Virus record (IMG/VR): IMGVR_UViG_3300021197_001743 | Location: 32,001-96,000 of that record | Reading direction: 5' to 3' (one strand) | DNA length: 64,000 nt | Source: a virus | Part shown: positions 36,551 through 46,572 of the stretch, in pieces | How positions within the stretch are numbered: the stretch's first letter is position 1 | How the letters are laid out: every line of letters starts with the position of its first letter | Notes under the pieces: generated by a model | What the model saw: the letters and a program-made list of their open reading frames with translations, nothing else | The model's database searches: none | What the model was told of the DNA's origin: nothing | Program-made: the position numbers and the translations under genes

Positions 36551-37036
36551 ATGGGAAAATGGACAAGACCAACGCAACCTCCGCCACCACTTTTCTTGGG
36601 GGAGAAAGAAAAAAACCTTGTTAAACAAGTTAACGATGAAATAATTGAACGCGTTGTTGGCCAGCAAGTTTTATATTTCCCAATTGACATAGAGCACACT
36701 GATTATCATCCCCTTTATGGAGAAGCGATAGAAAAGACCTTTTTACACCCAATCCGAGTATATGCATTGGTGGACTATCAAGGAGTCGAAACCTCGGACA
36801 TGGATAACTTCGCAATTGATAAAGCGACAAAAATAAAGATTAACTTTCATAAGCGTCGCTTAACCGAGGATCAAAATCTTTTCGTAAGAGAGGGAGATTT
36901 TGTTAGGTTTGGAGATATCTACTATGAGATTGTTAAACTAATTGAGCCAAAATTATTATTTGGACAACCAGAATCTCGATTTGAGATCCAAGCAGAATGT
37001 ATAAGAGCAAGGGACGGACTATTCAATGCAGAGTGA
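36551..37036 (+). CDS. head completion/neck protein (gp14-like)
   Basis: HPLYGEA...REGDFV...YEIV; synteny. Confidence 0.6.
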   Translation: MGKWTRPTQPPPPLFLGEKEKNLVKQVNDEIIERVVGQQVLYFPIDIEHTDYHPLYGEAIEKTFLHPIRVYALVDYQGVETSDMDNFAIDKATKIKINFHKRRLTEDQNLFVREGDFVRFGDIYYEIVKLIEPKLLFGQPESRFEIQAECIRARDGLFNAE

Positions 37037-37919
37037 AGAGATAATTCAAATTGTACCATCAACATTGGAAACTATTGATACCGCGGTGTTTAGGTTTGTG
37101 GATGAAAGATTAAATGTGCACACAACAACAAACCGGGGTTTAACAAAAGTACCTGTTCTCTGGCTTGGTACCGAGAGGGCACACCAGATAAAAAACAATA
37201 AAGACCTAAGAGACAAGGTTGGAAAGCTAAAATTACCATTGATTACAGTTAGTAGAAGTAGTGTATCGCGAGATGACGACTTCAGAGGATCATACCAGTC
37301 TTATTATCCGCCAACAAAAGGTCCTGAAGGTGGAAGGACGGCAATCACTAAGATCATTAAGCAAGAAAAGACAAGAAACTTTGCTAATGCTGCTGAGAAC
37401 AAAAGAAACAAAGGGAACGAGACAGGTCCCGCTGTTAATAATAAAATTGTATATGAAACCATATTGGTACCTAAGCCAACTTATATCACCTGCATGTTTG
37501 AGATTAACATAAGAACCGAATACCAACAACAGATGAATGACATCCTTCCAGTCATGATTATTGATCAAAAAAACGTTGAAATCATCGGACACGATGGATA
37601 TCAATATGAGTTGTTTGTTCAAGCAGACTACTCCATCAACAACAACATTAACACCTTAGGATCGGACGAAAGAATGTTTACTGCTAAAGTAAGCTTCAAA
37701 GTACTTGGGTACCTCATAGGTGATGGAGAAAATGGTAGCGTCCCAAGCATTATCAGAAAACAAAATGCTGTTAGCATAACTGTTTCCCGTGAGCGGATTG
37801 TAACAAATTTACCATCCAATAATCCCCCAGAAGATGCTTTAAATACTAGTACTCGATTGCCGATCAAGGGAGTGACAGGGAAAAGAAGCACATCGCCTTG
37901 GAATTCAATTGAAGATTAG
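37026..37919 (+). CDS. tail terminator/sheath stabiliser (gp15-like)
   Basis: KVPVLW...LPLITVSR...P.Y....EINIRTEYQQQMNDI; synteny before the sheath. Confidence 0.6.
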   Translation: MQSEEIIQIVPSTLETIDTAVFRFVDERLNVHTTTNRGLTKVPVLWLGTERAHQIKNNKDLRDKVGKLKLPLITVSRSSVSRDDDFRGSYQSYYPPTKGPEGGRTAITKIIKQEKTRNFANAAENKRNKGNETGPAVNNKIVYETILVPKPTYITCMFEINIRTEYQQQMNDILPVMIIDQKNVEIIGHDGYQYELFVQADYSINNNINTLGSDERMFTAKVSFKVLGYLIGDGENGSVPSIIRKQNAVSITVSRERIVTNLPSNNPPEDALNTSTRLPIKGVTGKRSTSPWNSIED

Positions 37920-38023
37920 TCCTCTAGAGGATCTATGAAAGAGATTGGTAAATATAGAGAAATTTGACTTTCGCTATTTAATAAACTATTTAATAGGAAT
38001 AATGTATTGAAGGAGTATTATTA

Positions 38024-40780
38024 ATGCCTACGAAATTTGACTTTGTTTCTCCCGGGATTCAACTACGAGAAATTGACGAATCACAACTTCCAGAAGCGCA
38101 AGAAGCCGATGGTATTCTCTTAATTGGTCGTGCACGAAGCGGCCCCGCGATGAAACCTGTAAAAGTTAAGAATCTTAACGATTTTATCGACACTTTTGGA
38201 AGACCAATTGATGGTGTCCGCCAAGATGACCCATGGAGAGAAGGAAACACTGCTGCTCCAAACTATGCTGCTTATGCTGCTCAAGCATACCTCGCTGCTG
38301 GTGTTGGTCCCGTTAAATATGTTCGACTTCTCGGTCTGTCTAAAAACGCTACTGCTGGAAATGAAGCAGGGTGGACAATGGGCAGTAATCTAAGTAATAC
38401 AATTGCTAGCAATGCGGCTGCTTATGGACTTTTCCTTACACCTTCTGCATCTGCTGGAACTGTTGATGCTACTCTAGCGGCTGTCTTTTATGTTTCTGGC
38501 GCTGCTGTTGCATTGAGTGGTACTGTAGTTGGTGCTGCCGCTGCTGTTTCTGCTAGTGCATTGATGGCCAGCTCTGGTGATAATTACGGTTTTAATCTTG
38601 CTATTTCTAGTAGTGGTGGTGAAACCATCCACAGTATTAACTTTAATGATACAAGTGCTCAATACATCCGTACTGTATTAAATACTGACCCTACTAAATT
38701 TTATAATTCTGCCAATTATCAATTGACTGATGTTCCTTACTTCCTCGGTGAAACTTATGACGTTAACGTAAGTCGTTTAGTTTCTAGTTCTGCTGGAAAT
38801 GTATATGGCTTCATCGCTGGTCTTGAGAACTCCGGAACAGGACTTGATGACTTCCAAAACGAATTAACTGCTGCAAAAAGTGGATGGTTTATTGGTGCTC
38901 AGCCTACTCAAAAGTATCTTTTCCGCTTGATTGCCATGGATGACGGCGAAGAGTTCGAAAACAATTACTACTGTCGGATCAAAGATATTAAATTGGCCAC
39001 ATCTCTTCAGCCAAGCGCTGCTTTCACTCTTGAAATAGTTAAGAGAGTTTCTGGTGGTCGCGATACAGTTATCGAGCAATACTCAAATCTGTCTTTGGAT
39101 GTCAACAGTGCAAACTATATCTCTAAAAGAATTGGAGACGAAGACCAAAGTTGGAACGAAACAACTCAGAGAATGGACATTACAGGTAAATACCCTAATG
39201 TTTCAAACCTTGTTAGAGTTGAAGTAGCTGCTGATCTTAATAAGTCAGATGTTCCTTTCGGATTTCTTGGACCAGCTGTTTTGGCAGCTCAGACAATGAT
39301 CGGTGGTGCAGCAACTTCTTTAGGCTGGATCCACGGAGGCAACACTATTGCCCTTGGTAATGGAGCCGGAGAACTTATCGAAGGTTGGCCTGCGAGCTAT
39401 ACTGCATCTGTTGCTTTCCCAACAATGAAGCTTACTACCACCGGAACAAAAGCCAACGGTACAGCTGCTGGTGGAGATTATGCATACACAGATTACTTTG
39501 GACTTCATCACATGAAATCTAATCGTCGTAATCACGATAACAGCATCAGAGATCTTGCAAGACTTCGAAGCGCTGTTGATCCTCACCTGAGCGAAGGAGC
39601 AGCATTTTCTGGTGCTTCATTCACATTTACTCTCGACGATATCGTATCTAGTTCAGCTGGTGCAACATCTTATTACTTCAGTGCCGGGACTTATACCGGT
39701 GGAACCAGTATATCAGCCCTTAGTGGATTGACTGGAGCTACTGGTCTTATCGACGGATTGAAAATAAAGCAATTCAATGCTCCATTCTTTGGTGGCTTTG
39801 ATGGTGTCGATGTGCGTTATGCAGACCCATTCAGTACTGCTAGAATTGAAAATGGTACCGATAAGTATCCAGCTTGGTCCGTTGAGCAAGCCTTGGAGAT
39901 GGTTCGAGACCAAGACCAAATTCGTTATGAATTAATCTCAATGCCCGGCCTTTTAGCTGAGGCTCCCGGAGAGACTTTATTAGATATCGTAACTACTCGT
40001 GGAGATGCATTGGCCATCATGGACATCAAAGGAATTGCTAGAGACACTTGGGATTCCGAAGGTGCTGCATCTGCTGCCTCTATTAATGACATTACATCTA
40101 ATCTAGATACTAGACAGATTGATTCTTCTTATGCTGCTACATATTTTCCAAATGTTCGTCTTCGCGACACACTATCTGGAAATGGCACCGTCTTGATTGC
40201 TCCGCCATCAGTTGCTGCTATTGGCGCCATTGCTAAATCTGAGAACCTTACTCAACCTTGGTTCGCTCCTGCTGGTTTCAATCGTGGTGGGCTTGCTCGC
40301 CTTGGTGGTTCAAGCGGACCATCTGTTGTTGGAACTTCATTGCATCTTACAAAAGATGATCGCGATGTTCTATACGCGGCGAACATTAATCCAATCGCTA
40401 GGTTTCCTTCAACAGGGGACACTGTGATCTTTGGACAAAAGACACTGCAACAAACACCATCGGCTCTTGATCGTATTAACGTTCGTCGCTTGATGATTTA
40501 TCTAAAGAGACAAATTGGAATTATTGCCGATACCATCTTGTTCGACCAAAACGTTCAAGTAACTTGGAATAGATTCAAGTCTCAAGCAAACAGTGTTCTT
40601 TCATCTGTCCAAGCTGAATTGGGTATCACCGAGTACAAATTGGTTTTAGATGAAACCACTACAACTGCTGATCTTATCGATCGCAATATCTTATACGCTA
40701 AGATTTTCGTTAAGCCTGCTCGAGCAATCGAATTCATCGCTATTGACTTCGTCATCACTCGAACAAGTGTAGAATTTTAA
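38024..40780 (+). CDS. tail sheath protein (gp18-like)
   Basis: FVSPGIQLREID; PWFAPAGFNRG; INPI..F; GQKTLQ..PSALDRINVRRL; KPARAIEFI. Confidence 0.95.
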   Translation: MPTKFDFVSPGIQLREIDESQLPEAQEADGILLIGRARSGPAMKPVKVKNLNDFIDTFGRPIDGVRQDDPWREGNTAAPNYAAYAAQAYLAAGVGPVKYVRLLGLSKNATAGNEAGWTMGSNLSNTIASNAAAYGLFLTPSASAGTVDATLAAVFYVSGAAVALSGTVVGAAAAVSASALMASSGDNYGFNLAISSSGGETIHSINFNDTSAQYIRTVLNTDPTKFYNSANYQLTDVPYFLGETYDVNVSRLVSSSAGNVYGFIAGLENSGTGLDDFQNELTAAKSGWFIGAQPTQKYLFRLIAMDDGEEFENNYYCRIKDIKLATSLQPSAAFTLEIVKRVSGGRDTVIEQYSNLSLDVNSANYISKRIGDEDQSWNETTQRMDITGKYPNVSNLVRVEVAADLNKSDVPFGFLGPAVLAAQTMIGGAATSLGWIHGGNTIALGNGAGELIEGWPASYTASVAFPTMKLTTTGTKANGTAAGGDYAYTDYFGLHHMKSNRRNHDNSIRDLARLRSAVDPHLSEGAAFSGASFTFTLDDIVSSSAGATSYYFSAGTYTGGTSISALSGLTGATGLIDGLKIKQFNAPFFGGFDGVDVRYADPFSTARIENGTDKYPAWSVEQALEMVRDQDQIRYELISMPGLLAEAPGETLLDIVTTRGDALAIMDIKGIARDTWDSEGAASAASINDITSNLDTRQIDSSYAATYFPNVRLRDTLSGNGTVLIAPPSVAAIGAIAKSENLTQPWFAPAGFNRGGLARLGGSSGPSVVGTSLHLTKDDRDVLYAANINPIARFPSTGDTVIFGQKTLQQTPSALDRINVRRLMIYLKRQIGIIADTILFDQNVQVTWNRFKSQANSVLSSVQAELGITEYKLVLDETTTTADLIDRNILYAKIFVKPARAIEFIAIDFVITRTSVEF

Positions 40781-40814
40781 TAAGCCACTAATTAAATTAT
40801 AGGAGACTAACATA

Positions 40815-41381
40815 ATGGCATTCTGGAAAGAAAACACAGTATCACCAAAAAGAAATTACCGATTTCAAATTCAATTCGGTCGTACAACAGACGGCGGATC
40901 TATCAGTCCATCGCAAGCATTTTGGTGGGCAAAGGATGTAAAAGTTCCTACTTTTTCTGTTGCTTCAGTAGAACACCACTATTTGGATAACAAGTATAAC
41001 TTCCCCGGAAGAACTACTTGGGAAGATGTGTCTATGAGCCTTGTTGATCCAAGTGATCCGGACGCTGTTGAAATTATCTTAGATATGTTGAACAAGTCTG
41101 GCTATGCAGTAAAGGCTTTAGCTGATACTCCTGCTACTATCGGAAAAGTAAAAGCAGCTCAAGTTGATGCTGTAATTACAATGCTCGACGAAGAAGGCTC
41201 AGCCATTGAAACTTGGACCCTGAACAATTGCTTTATTTTGAGTGCAGATCTTGGACAATATGATTATTCAAGCGATGAGCTTAGAGCTCTTTCTTTAACT
41301 CTTAAATACGATTGGGCAACATGCGAAATCGGCACGAACACTTTCTTCCCAGCAGCTACAACTCCTAATTCTAACGCATAA
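40815..41381 (+). CDS. tail tube protein (gp19-like), copy 1
   Basis: PKRNYRF...FPGRTTWEDVSM...ETWTLNNCF...DYSSDE..LTLKYDWA. Confidence 0.85.
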   Translation: MAFWKENTVSPKRNYRFQIQFGRTTDGGSISPSQAFWWAKDVKVPTFSVASVEHHYLDNKYNFPGRTTWEDVSMSLVDPSDPDAVEIILDMLNKSGYAVKALADTPATIGKVKAAQVDAVITMLDEEGSAIETWTLNNCFILSADLGQYDYSSDELRALSLTLKYDWATCEIGTNTFFPAATTPNSNA

Positions 41382-41391
41382 TAGGTGAGCG

Positions 41392-41916
41392 ATGAGCTTC
41401 TGGAAAGAAAACAAGGCTGAACCCACCAGACAATTTAGATTTACAATTGATGGATCTGGAATCTGGTGGTGGGCCAAAAGTGTCGATAAGCCGTCATTTG
41501 AAATAAACACAAGTGAGTATTTGTTGATCAACCATAAATTTAAATATCCCGGCGTTCTTACATGGAACGATGTTAATATCTCTCTTGTAGATGTCGGCGA
41601 CTCTCTTGTTAAAAGAATCAATGATGAGTATTTAAAGGCAGCCGGCTATACAAATCCGCAAATAAACAAAACAGGCATCCAGAAAAACGGATACGATGGA
41701 ATAGGCGGAAATTTAATAATCAATCAGCTGGACAGCAAAGGGACGATCGTTGAAAAATGGCAACTAATGAATTCTTTCATCAAATCTATTAATTATGGAA
41801 GCTTGGATTATAGTTCAGATGAATTAGTACAAATAGAAATGACAATAGCATATGACTATGCATTGCTCGGAGAAGAAACAACTGCCCAACCAGAGGGCTC
41901 TACTACTGACTCGTGA
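41392..41916 (+). CDS. tail tube-like protein, copy 2
   Basis: Paralogous: PTRQFRF...YPGVLTWNDV...EKWQL...LDYSSDELVQIEMTIAYDYA. Confidence 0.8.
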   Translation: MSFWKENKAEPTRQFRFTIDGSGIWWWAKSVDKPSFEINTSEYLLINHKFKYPGVLTWNDVNISLVDVGDSLVKRINDEYLKAAGYTNPQINKTGIQKNGYDGIGGNLIINQLDSKGTIVEKWQLMNSFIKSINYGSLDYSSDELVQIEMTIAYDYALLGEETTAQPEGSTTDS

Positions 41917-41924
41917 GGTGAAAA

Positions 41925-42758
41925 TTGAGTAGAAACAAAGATCGGCTTGGCGGCCACAAGCCACAACATTCGGAGACACCAACTTTTAATCCATTGAACT
42001 TTGTTGCTCCAACCGAATTCGTAGAATTACCATCCAGAGGAAAGGGATATACCGATGACCACCCTCTTTGTGATGAAGAAACAATTGAGATCAAATTCAT
42101 GACGGCAAAGGATGAAGACATTCTTACGTCCCACACTCTCTTGAAAAAAGGAATTGCGATCGATCGCTTCATTCAGAATATCTTGGTTGATAAAACAATT
42201 GACCCCGATACACTATTGATCGGTGATAAGAACGCAATTTTGGTTGCAGCAAGAGCCAGCGGATATGGTCATGACTATGATGCAACAATAACTTGCCCAG
42301 AATGCACGAAGAAGTCGCAATTAATGTTTGATCTCCGGAGTCCCACCATTATCGGAAACCTAAATGTGGACCAAACAATAGTTTCCGAAGTTTCTCGCGG
42401 AAAATACATCACAAAAATGCCTTTGTCTCAATTTCAGATTGAATTCCGCTTATTGACCGGCGCAGACGAGAGGTTCCTACAAGATAAGCTAAAAAATATC
42501 GCAGATAACAAAGAAGAAAACCTCTTGACAAGTCAATTCAAGAGAATTATTACATCAATTGAGGGGCATACCGACAGACCGATCATTGATCAATATGTTG
42601 ATAATATGCCCACCGTTGATTCGAGACACTTCAAGATATGTCTCAAAGCAGTAACTCCCAATATTGAAATCAAAGAGACATTCAAATGTCGAGCTTGTTC
42701 TTTTGAAAAGGAGGTCGATGTTCCTTTTGGAACTGACTTTTTTTGGCCTGACCTCTAA
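41925..42758 (+). CDS. tail/baseplate assembly chaperone (gp26/gp51-like)
   Basis: VELPSRG, MTAKDEDIL, CPEC and CRAC zinc pairs, ends FFWPDL; TTG start after GAGGTG. Confidence 0.7.
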   Translation: MSRNKDRLGGHKPQHSETPTFNPLNFVAPTEFVELPSRGKGYTDDHPLCDEETIEIKFMTAKDEDILTSHTLLKKGIAIDRFIQNILVDKTIDPDTLLIGDKNAILVAARASGYGHDYDATITCPECTKKSQLMFDLRSPTIIGNLNVDQTIVSEVSRGKYITKMPLSQFQIEFRLLTGADERFLQDKLKNIADNKEENLLTSQFKRIITSIEGHTDRPIIDQYVDNMPTVDSRHFKICLKAVTPNIEIKETFKCRACSFEKEVDVPFGTDFFWPDL

Positions 42759-42933
42759 ATATATGGAAGCCGTATATGAGCAATTCTTTCTTCTAAAGCA
42801 TTTTGGGGGTTGGAGTTTCATTGAGGCGTATAACCTGCCCGTAGGGCTTCGAGAATGGTTCGTAGGGAGACTTCAAAAGCAATTCGATGACGAAGCCAAG
42901 GCAATGGAGAAAGCTCGCAACAAAAGCCGTTAA
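42738..42933 (+). CDS. probable frameshift extension of the chaperone (or separate small ORF from ATG 42763)
   Basis: +1 frame open across a T7 run: FFGLTSKYMEAVYEQFFLLKHFGGWSFIEAYNLPVGLREWF. Confidence 0.55.
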
Positions 42934-42992
42934 CGCTTGTTGCCGAGCATTTCTTTTTTGAGACTATTTAAAAAAGACAAGAGGGAACAGCT

Positions 42993-43334
42993 GTGATTAA
43001 GATCGATCTAACCAATAAAACTCTCAATGAGTCATGGATGAAAATGTGGGGATTTTGGAATAAAAAGCTCCTTCAGCACATCTATGGAAAAGATGTGAAT
43101 ATGGTAGCCAATTTAAACGAGGAGAATACCGATTCCTTGCATTTCTCAATCAAGGGAGAGTATGAAGACGTTAAAGCTTACGCAATGGCTTTAAAGGCCG
43201 AATCTGATCACCTGAGAGCATACATTGATCATGGTAAAGATGCACCTGAGACAAAAGAGGCAAAAACAAAGGCTGACGCTGCCTCAAAAGAATTTGTGAA
43301 CAAGACCGGTCTCCCATGGCCATTTAAGGATTAA
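42993..43334 (+). CDS. hypothetical protein
   Basis: 113 aa, GTG start, CTATTTA at 42964. Confidence 0.6.
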   Translation: MIKIDLTNKTLNESWMKMWGFWNKKLLQHIYGKDVNMVANLNEENTDSLHFSIKGEYEDVKAYAMALKAESDHLRAYIDHGKDAPETKEAKTKADAASKEFVNKTGLPWPFKD

Positions 43335-43338
43335 TTAA

Positions 43339-45570
43339 ATGGCAACAAAAAAAGAAGTTATAGCGGCCATTAAAGGATTTTCTGCATCCGAAAAGAAAGA
43401 AATCAAGGAAGCATTGGGAATATCCGGTGATTCATCAGATTTTTCTGGGCTGGATGAGAAAGCACTTGAGCAGCAAAAAGAATATAACAAGGTCTTAAAG
43501 GAAACTGCTCAATCGCTTGGAAATGTCTTGGATGCTCGAAAAGCCGAATACGGTGAATTAGAGGCCACTTTGCGACTGGCAACAGATGAAAACAACAAGC
43601 GTATATTCACTGAACAGCAGATAGCTGATATTCGGGCTGGGCAGATGAATTCTTACACCGATGAGCAAGTCCACCTGAAAGCCATTGCCGATCAATATCG
43701 CGACATACACCTGTTAAAAGAAGCAGATAAGCAATACGGTGAAGACCAAAGAAAGCTTCTTGGGGACATTGCCGGCGGACTAGGGGTCAACATGAAGTTC
43801 TCCGAGAGCTTCTTGGGTACTGTTATAAAGGTCGGAGATGCATTCAAAGACACAAGCGAGGTTGGACTAAAACAAAGAGAATTGTTGATTGATAACTTTA
43901 AGCAAATGTTCAGCTTTGGAAACTTGGCTTATTCAATATTCACTAAAGTTGCCGAAGCATCCGCGGGTTTGCTGGTTTCTTTTGATAATGCTCGAGCATC
44001 ACTAGCCTCAGCCACTGGAGCAGGATACAAATTTGCTGATTCAATGTTCGATGCTCAGAGGGAAATGAACCTTCTCGGTATTACAATGGACGAAGCCGGA
44101 GCAGCAACAGCAACGTTAGCCGAAAACACATCGATGTTTGCAAAAATGAGCAATGCTGCAAGGTCAGAGATGATCAAAACCACAGCTGCTCTTGGCAAAA
44201 TTGGAGTTGATGCAGCAACGGCAGCTGAAACTTTTCAATTCTTAAACTTGAACTTGGGCATGACCTCTGAAGAGGCTCTTGGTGTACAAGAAAGTCTTGC
44301 CATGATGGGAACATCGATTGGAATTAGTTCAGCTAAGATAACCAAAGACTTCAACGCAGCGCTTCCAACCCTTGCCGTATATGGCAAGCAATCAGTTGAG
44401 GTGTTTAGTAACTTAGCTGCAGCCGCAAAGTCAGCAGGAGTTGAGACTTCTGCACTGTTGGGTATCGCAAAACAATTTGATACATTTGCTGGTGCTGCAG
44501 AGGGCGTTGGGAAACTAAATGCATTGCTCGGCACGCAATTATCAACAACACAGATGTTGATGATGACTGAGGATGAAAGAATCGAAACACTCATTGAGCA
44601 AGTTCAAGCTCAAGGTGTTGCCTTTAAAGATATGGATCGTTTCACTCAAAAAGCAATCGCGGCTGCTGCTGGGATTGACGACATGAACGAGGCCCAAAAG
44701 ATCTTTGGAATGAACCTCGGAGACTACAAGAAGAACCAAGAAGAAATGGCGAGAAACGCGGAAGCTCAAGGCAAGTTCGAGGACGCAATAAGAAAAACTG
44801 TACCGGTCATGAACCAATTTAAGCTCCTCGCAACAGAAATAGTTGCTTCTGTCCAGCCCATGCTGGAGGTTTTAGGTAGCTTAGCAGCAAAATTAACTAA
44901 AACACTCCAAGAGATGAACCCAGAAACAAAAGAGTTTATAGGCAATCTTGTGCTAGGTGCCACTGGTGCTTTCATGTTATTCAAGGCAGTCAAGCCACTA
45001 CTAACCATTTTTGGCGTCCTTGGTGGTGCTGGTGGAGCAGCTGCTGGTGCTGGTGGTGCAGTAGGTGCTGCAGCTAGCATAAGTGCCTTCTCCGGTGCTT
45101 TATGGGCTGCCTTGCCGGCTATAGGAGCCGTTGCCTTAGCCCTTGGTGGTCTATATTTACTTTACAAGGCGGCCACGGCCATTGGGGATTCTTTTGGCGG
45201 TAGTACTGCTGCTAGCACCGAAGAGACCGTTGCGCTAGCTGCAGCCTCCGAGAAGGTTCTGACCAACTTGACCAAGATTGGAGAATCGGACTTTTCTGCG
45301 GCAATTGCCGGAATGAATGCTCTGATCATGAAAGCAAACGAATTTGATAATTTAAGTCCAAAAGTGACTGCCACCATTGAGAACCTTGCTCTGATTAATG
45401 TAGGAAAAGCAACAAGCTCCATAACAGGCGGTGTCATCACAGCCAGCGGTGGGAATATCACAGCCAATGTTAAAAACGTATTCAGCAACATGAAAGTCGT
45501 TGTAGACATTGGAGGAGAGCAATTTAATGCCAAAGTAAGAACAATCGCCGCTGACGAGGCTAACAAATAA
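43339..45570 (+). CDS. tape measure protein
   Basis: 743 aa, helical Ala/Gly-rich with hydrophobic C-terminal segments; follows tube and chaperone genes. Confidence 0.75.
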   Translation: MATKKEVIAAIKGFSASEKKEIKEALGISGDSSDFSGLDEKALEQQKEYNKVLKETAQSLGNVLDARKAEYGELEATLRLATDENNKRIFTEQQIADIRAGQMNSYTDEQVHLKAIADQYRDIHLLKEADKQYGEDQRKLLGDIAGGLGVNMKFSESFLGTVIKVGDAFKDTSEVGLKQRELLIDNFKQMFSFGNLAYSIFTKVAEASAGLLVSFDNARASLASATGAGYKFADSMFDAQREMNLLGITMDEAGAATATLAENTSMFAKMSNAARSEMIKTTAALGKIGVDAATAAETFQFLNLNLGMTSEEALGVQESLAMMGTSIGISSAKITKDFNAALPTLAVYGKQSVEVFSNLAAAAKSAGVETSALLGIAKQFDTFAGAAEGVGKLNALLGTQLSTTQMLMMTEDERIETLIEQVQAQGVAFKDMDRFTQKAIAAAAGIDDMNEAQKIFGMNLGDYKKNQEEMARNAEAQGKFEDAIRKTVPVMNQFKLLATEIVASVQPMLEVLGSLAAKLTKTLQEMNPETKEFIGNLVLGATGAFMLFKAVKPLLTIFGVLGGAGGAAAGAGGAVGAAASISAFSGALWAALPAIGAVALALGGLYLLYKAATAIGDSFGGSTAASTEETVALAAASEKVLTNLTKIGESDFSAAIAGMNALIMKANEFDNLSPKVTATIENLALINVGKATSSITGGVITASGGNITANVKNVFSNMKVVVDIGGEQFNAKVRTIAADEANK

Positions 45571-45579
45571 AGAGGATGA

Positions 45580-46236
45580 ATGATGGGATTTGAAACAATC
45601 AAAAACACTTATGCAAAGACAACTGGTTCTCAGTTAACATTTATATCAGTATTGTCCGATCGGCGAGTTAATTTTTTAGCTTTCTTAACTTCATTTGCTC
45701 AAAGCTTTCAATCAGAATGGAATACCGAAACAGTTTATGGACGGAATGATCCAATCGCAACGTTCCGAGGTACTACTAGAACCTTGGCTCTGTCTTGGGA
45801 TGTACCAGCTGGTAATTTAAATGAGGCTAAAGAAAATTTATTACAATTTAGTGAACTCACCAAAATGATATATCCGGCCTATACTCGAGGCCCTTCTGTT
45901 CTTCCCGCGTCATCAGAAGAACCAGAAGGAAAACAAGTCTCCTCGAACGCCCTTACGCTTTCAAAGTCTCCACTTATAAGATTAAAGTTTGCAAACTTAA
46001 TTACAGATGCTAGTGGGAAAAAAGATGGTCTACTTGGTTATATAACTTCTCTCGATTGGAACCCTGTCTTGGATATGGGGATGTTTACGGATAATGGGGA
46101 ATTGTATCCAAAAGTTGTATCTTTAAATGTTTCCTTTGGTGTATTACATGAGCATGACTTGGGAACTATACCAGTAGCATCAGGATCGGGCCCCAGCCCC
46201 TTCCCAAATTCAGCCAAATTTCCATTCGGAGGATAA
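45580..46236 (+). CDS. baseplate/tail tube initiator-like protein
   Basis: W....VYGRNDPI..F.GT.R.L.LSW; P.IRLKF; synteny after TMP. Confidence 0.6.
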   Translation: MMGFETIKNTYAKTTGSQLTFISVLSDRRVNFLAFLTSFAQSFQSEWNTETVYGRNDPIATFRGTTRTLALSWDVPAGNLNEAKENLLQFSELTKMIYPAYTRGPSVLPASSEEPEGKQVSSNALTLSKSPLIRLKFANLITDASGKKDGLLGYITSLDWNPVLDMGMFTDNGELYPKVVSLNVSFGVLHEHDLGTIPVASGSGPSPFPNSAKFPFGG

Positions 46237-46239
46237 GAC

Positions 46240-46572
46240 ATGTCAAGATACGAAGGAAGATCTCAAGGAATAAACGATAACGAAATGTACAAAGACACTC
46301 TGGATGACAGAGGTGTACAGGAAATCCTTCAATACAGAACGCCTGTTCTCAAGTTTCCCTCAGAGGAAGATTTTAGAAGGATTCAAACAATCGATCATAC
46401 ATGGATCCAAGGCGACAAGTTTTGGAAACTAGCCGCAAAACAATATGGTGATCCAAAATTATGGTGGGTCATTGCCCAATTCAACAGAAAACCAACAGAA
46501 GGACATTTAAGCCCCGGAGATGTAATTAAGATCCCAATCGATCTTGCCGTTGCTTTGGGAGCGTTGACATAA
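46240..46572 (+). CDS. LysM-containing baseplate protein
   Basis: GDKFWKLAAKQYGDPKLWWVIAQFN...GDVIKIP. Confidence 0.75.
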   Translation: MSRYEGRSQGINDNEMYKDTLDDRGVQEILQYRTPVLKFPSEEDFRRIQTIDHTWIQGDKFWKLAAKQYGDPKLWWVIAQFNRKPTEGHLSPGDVIKIPIDLAVALGALT

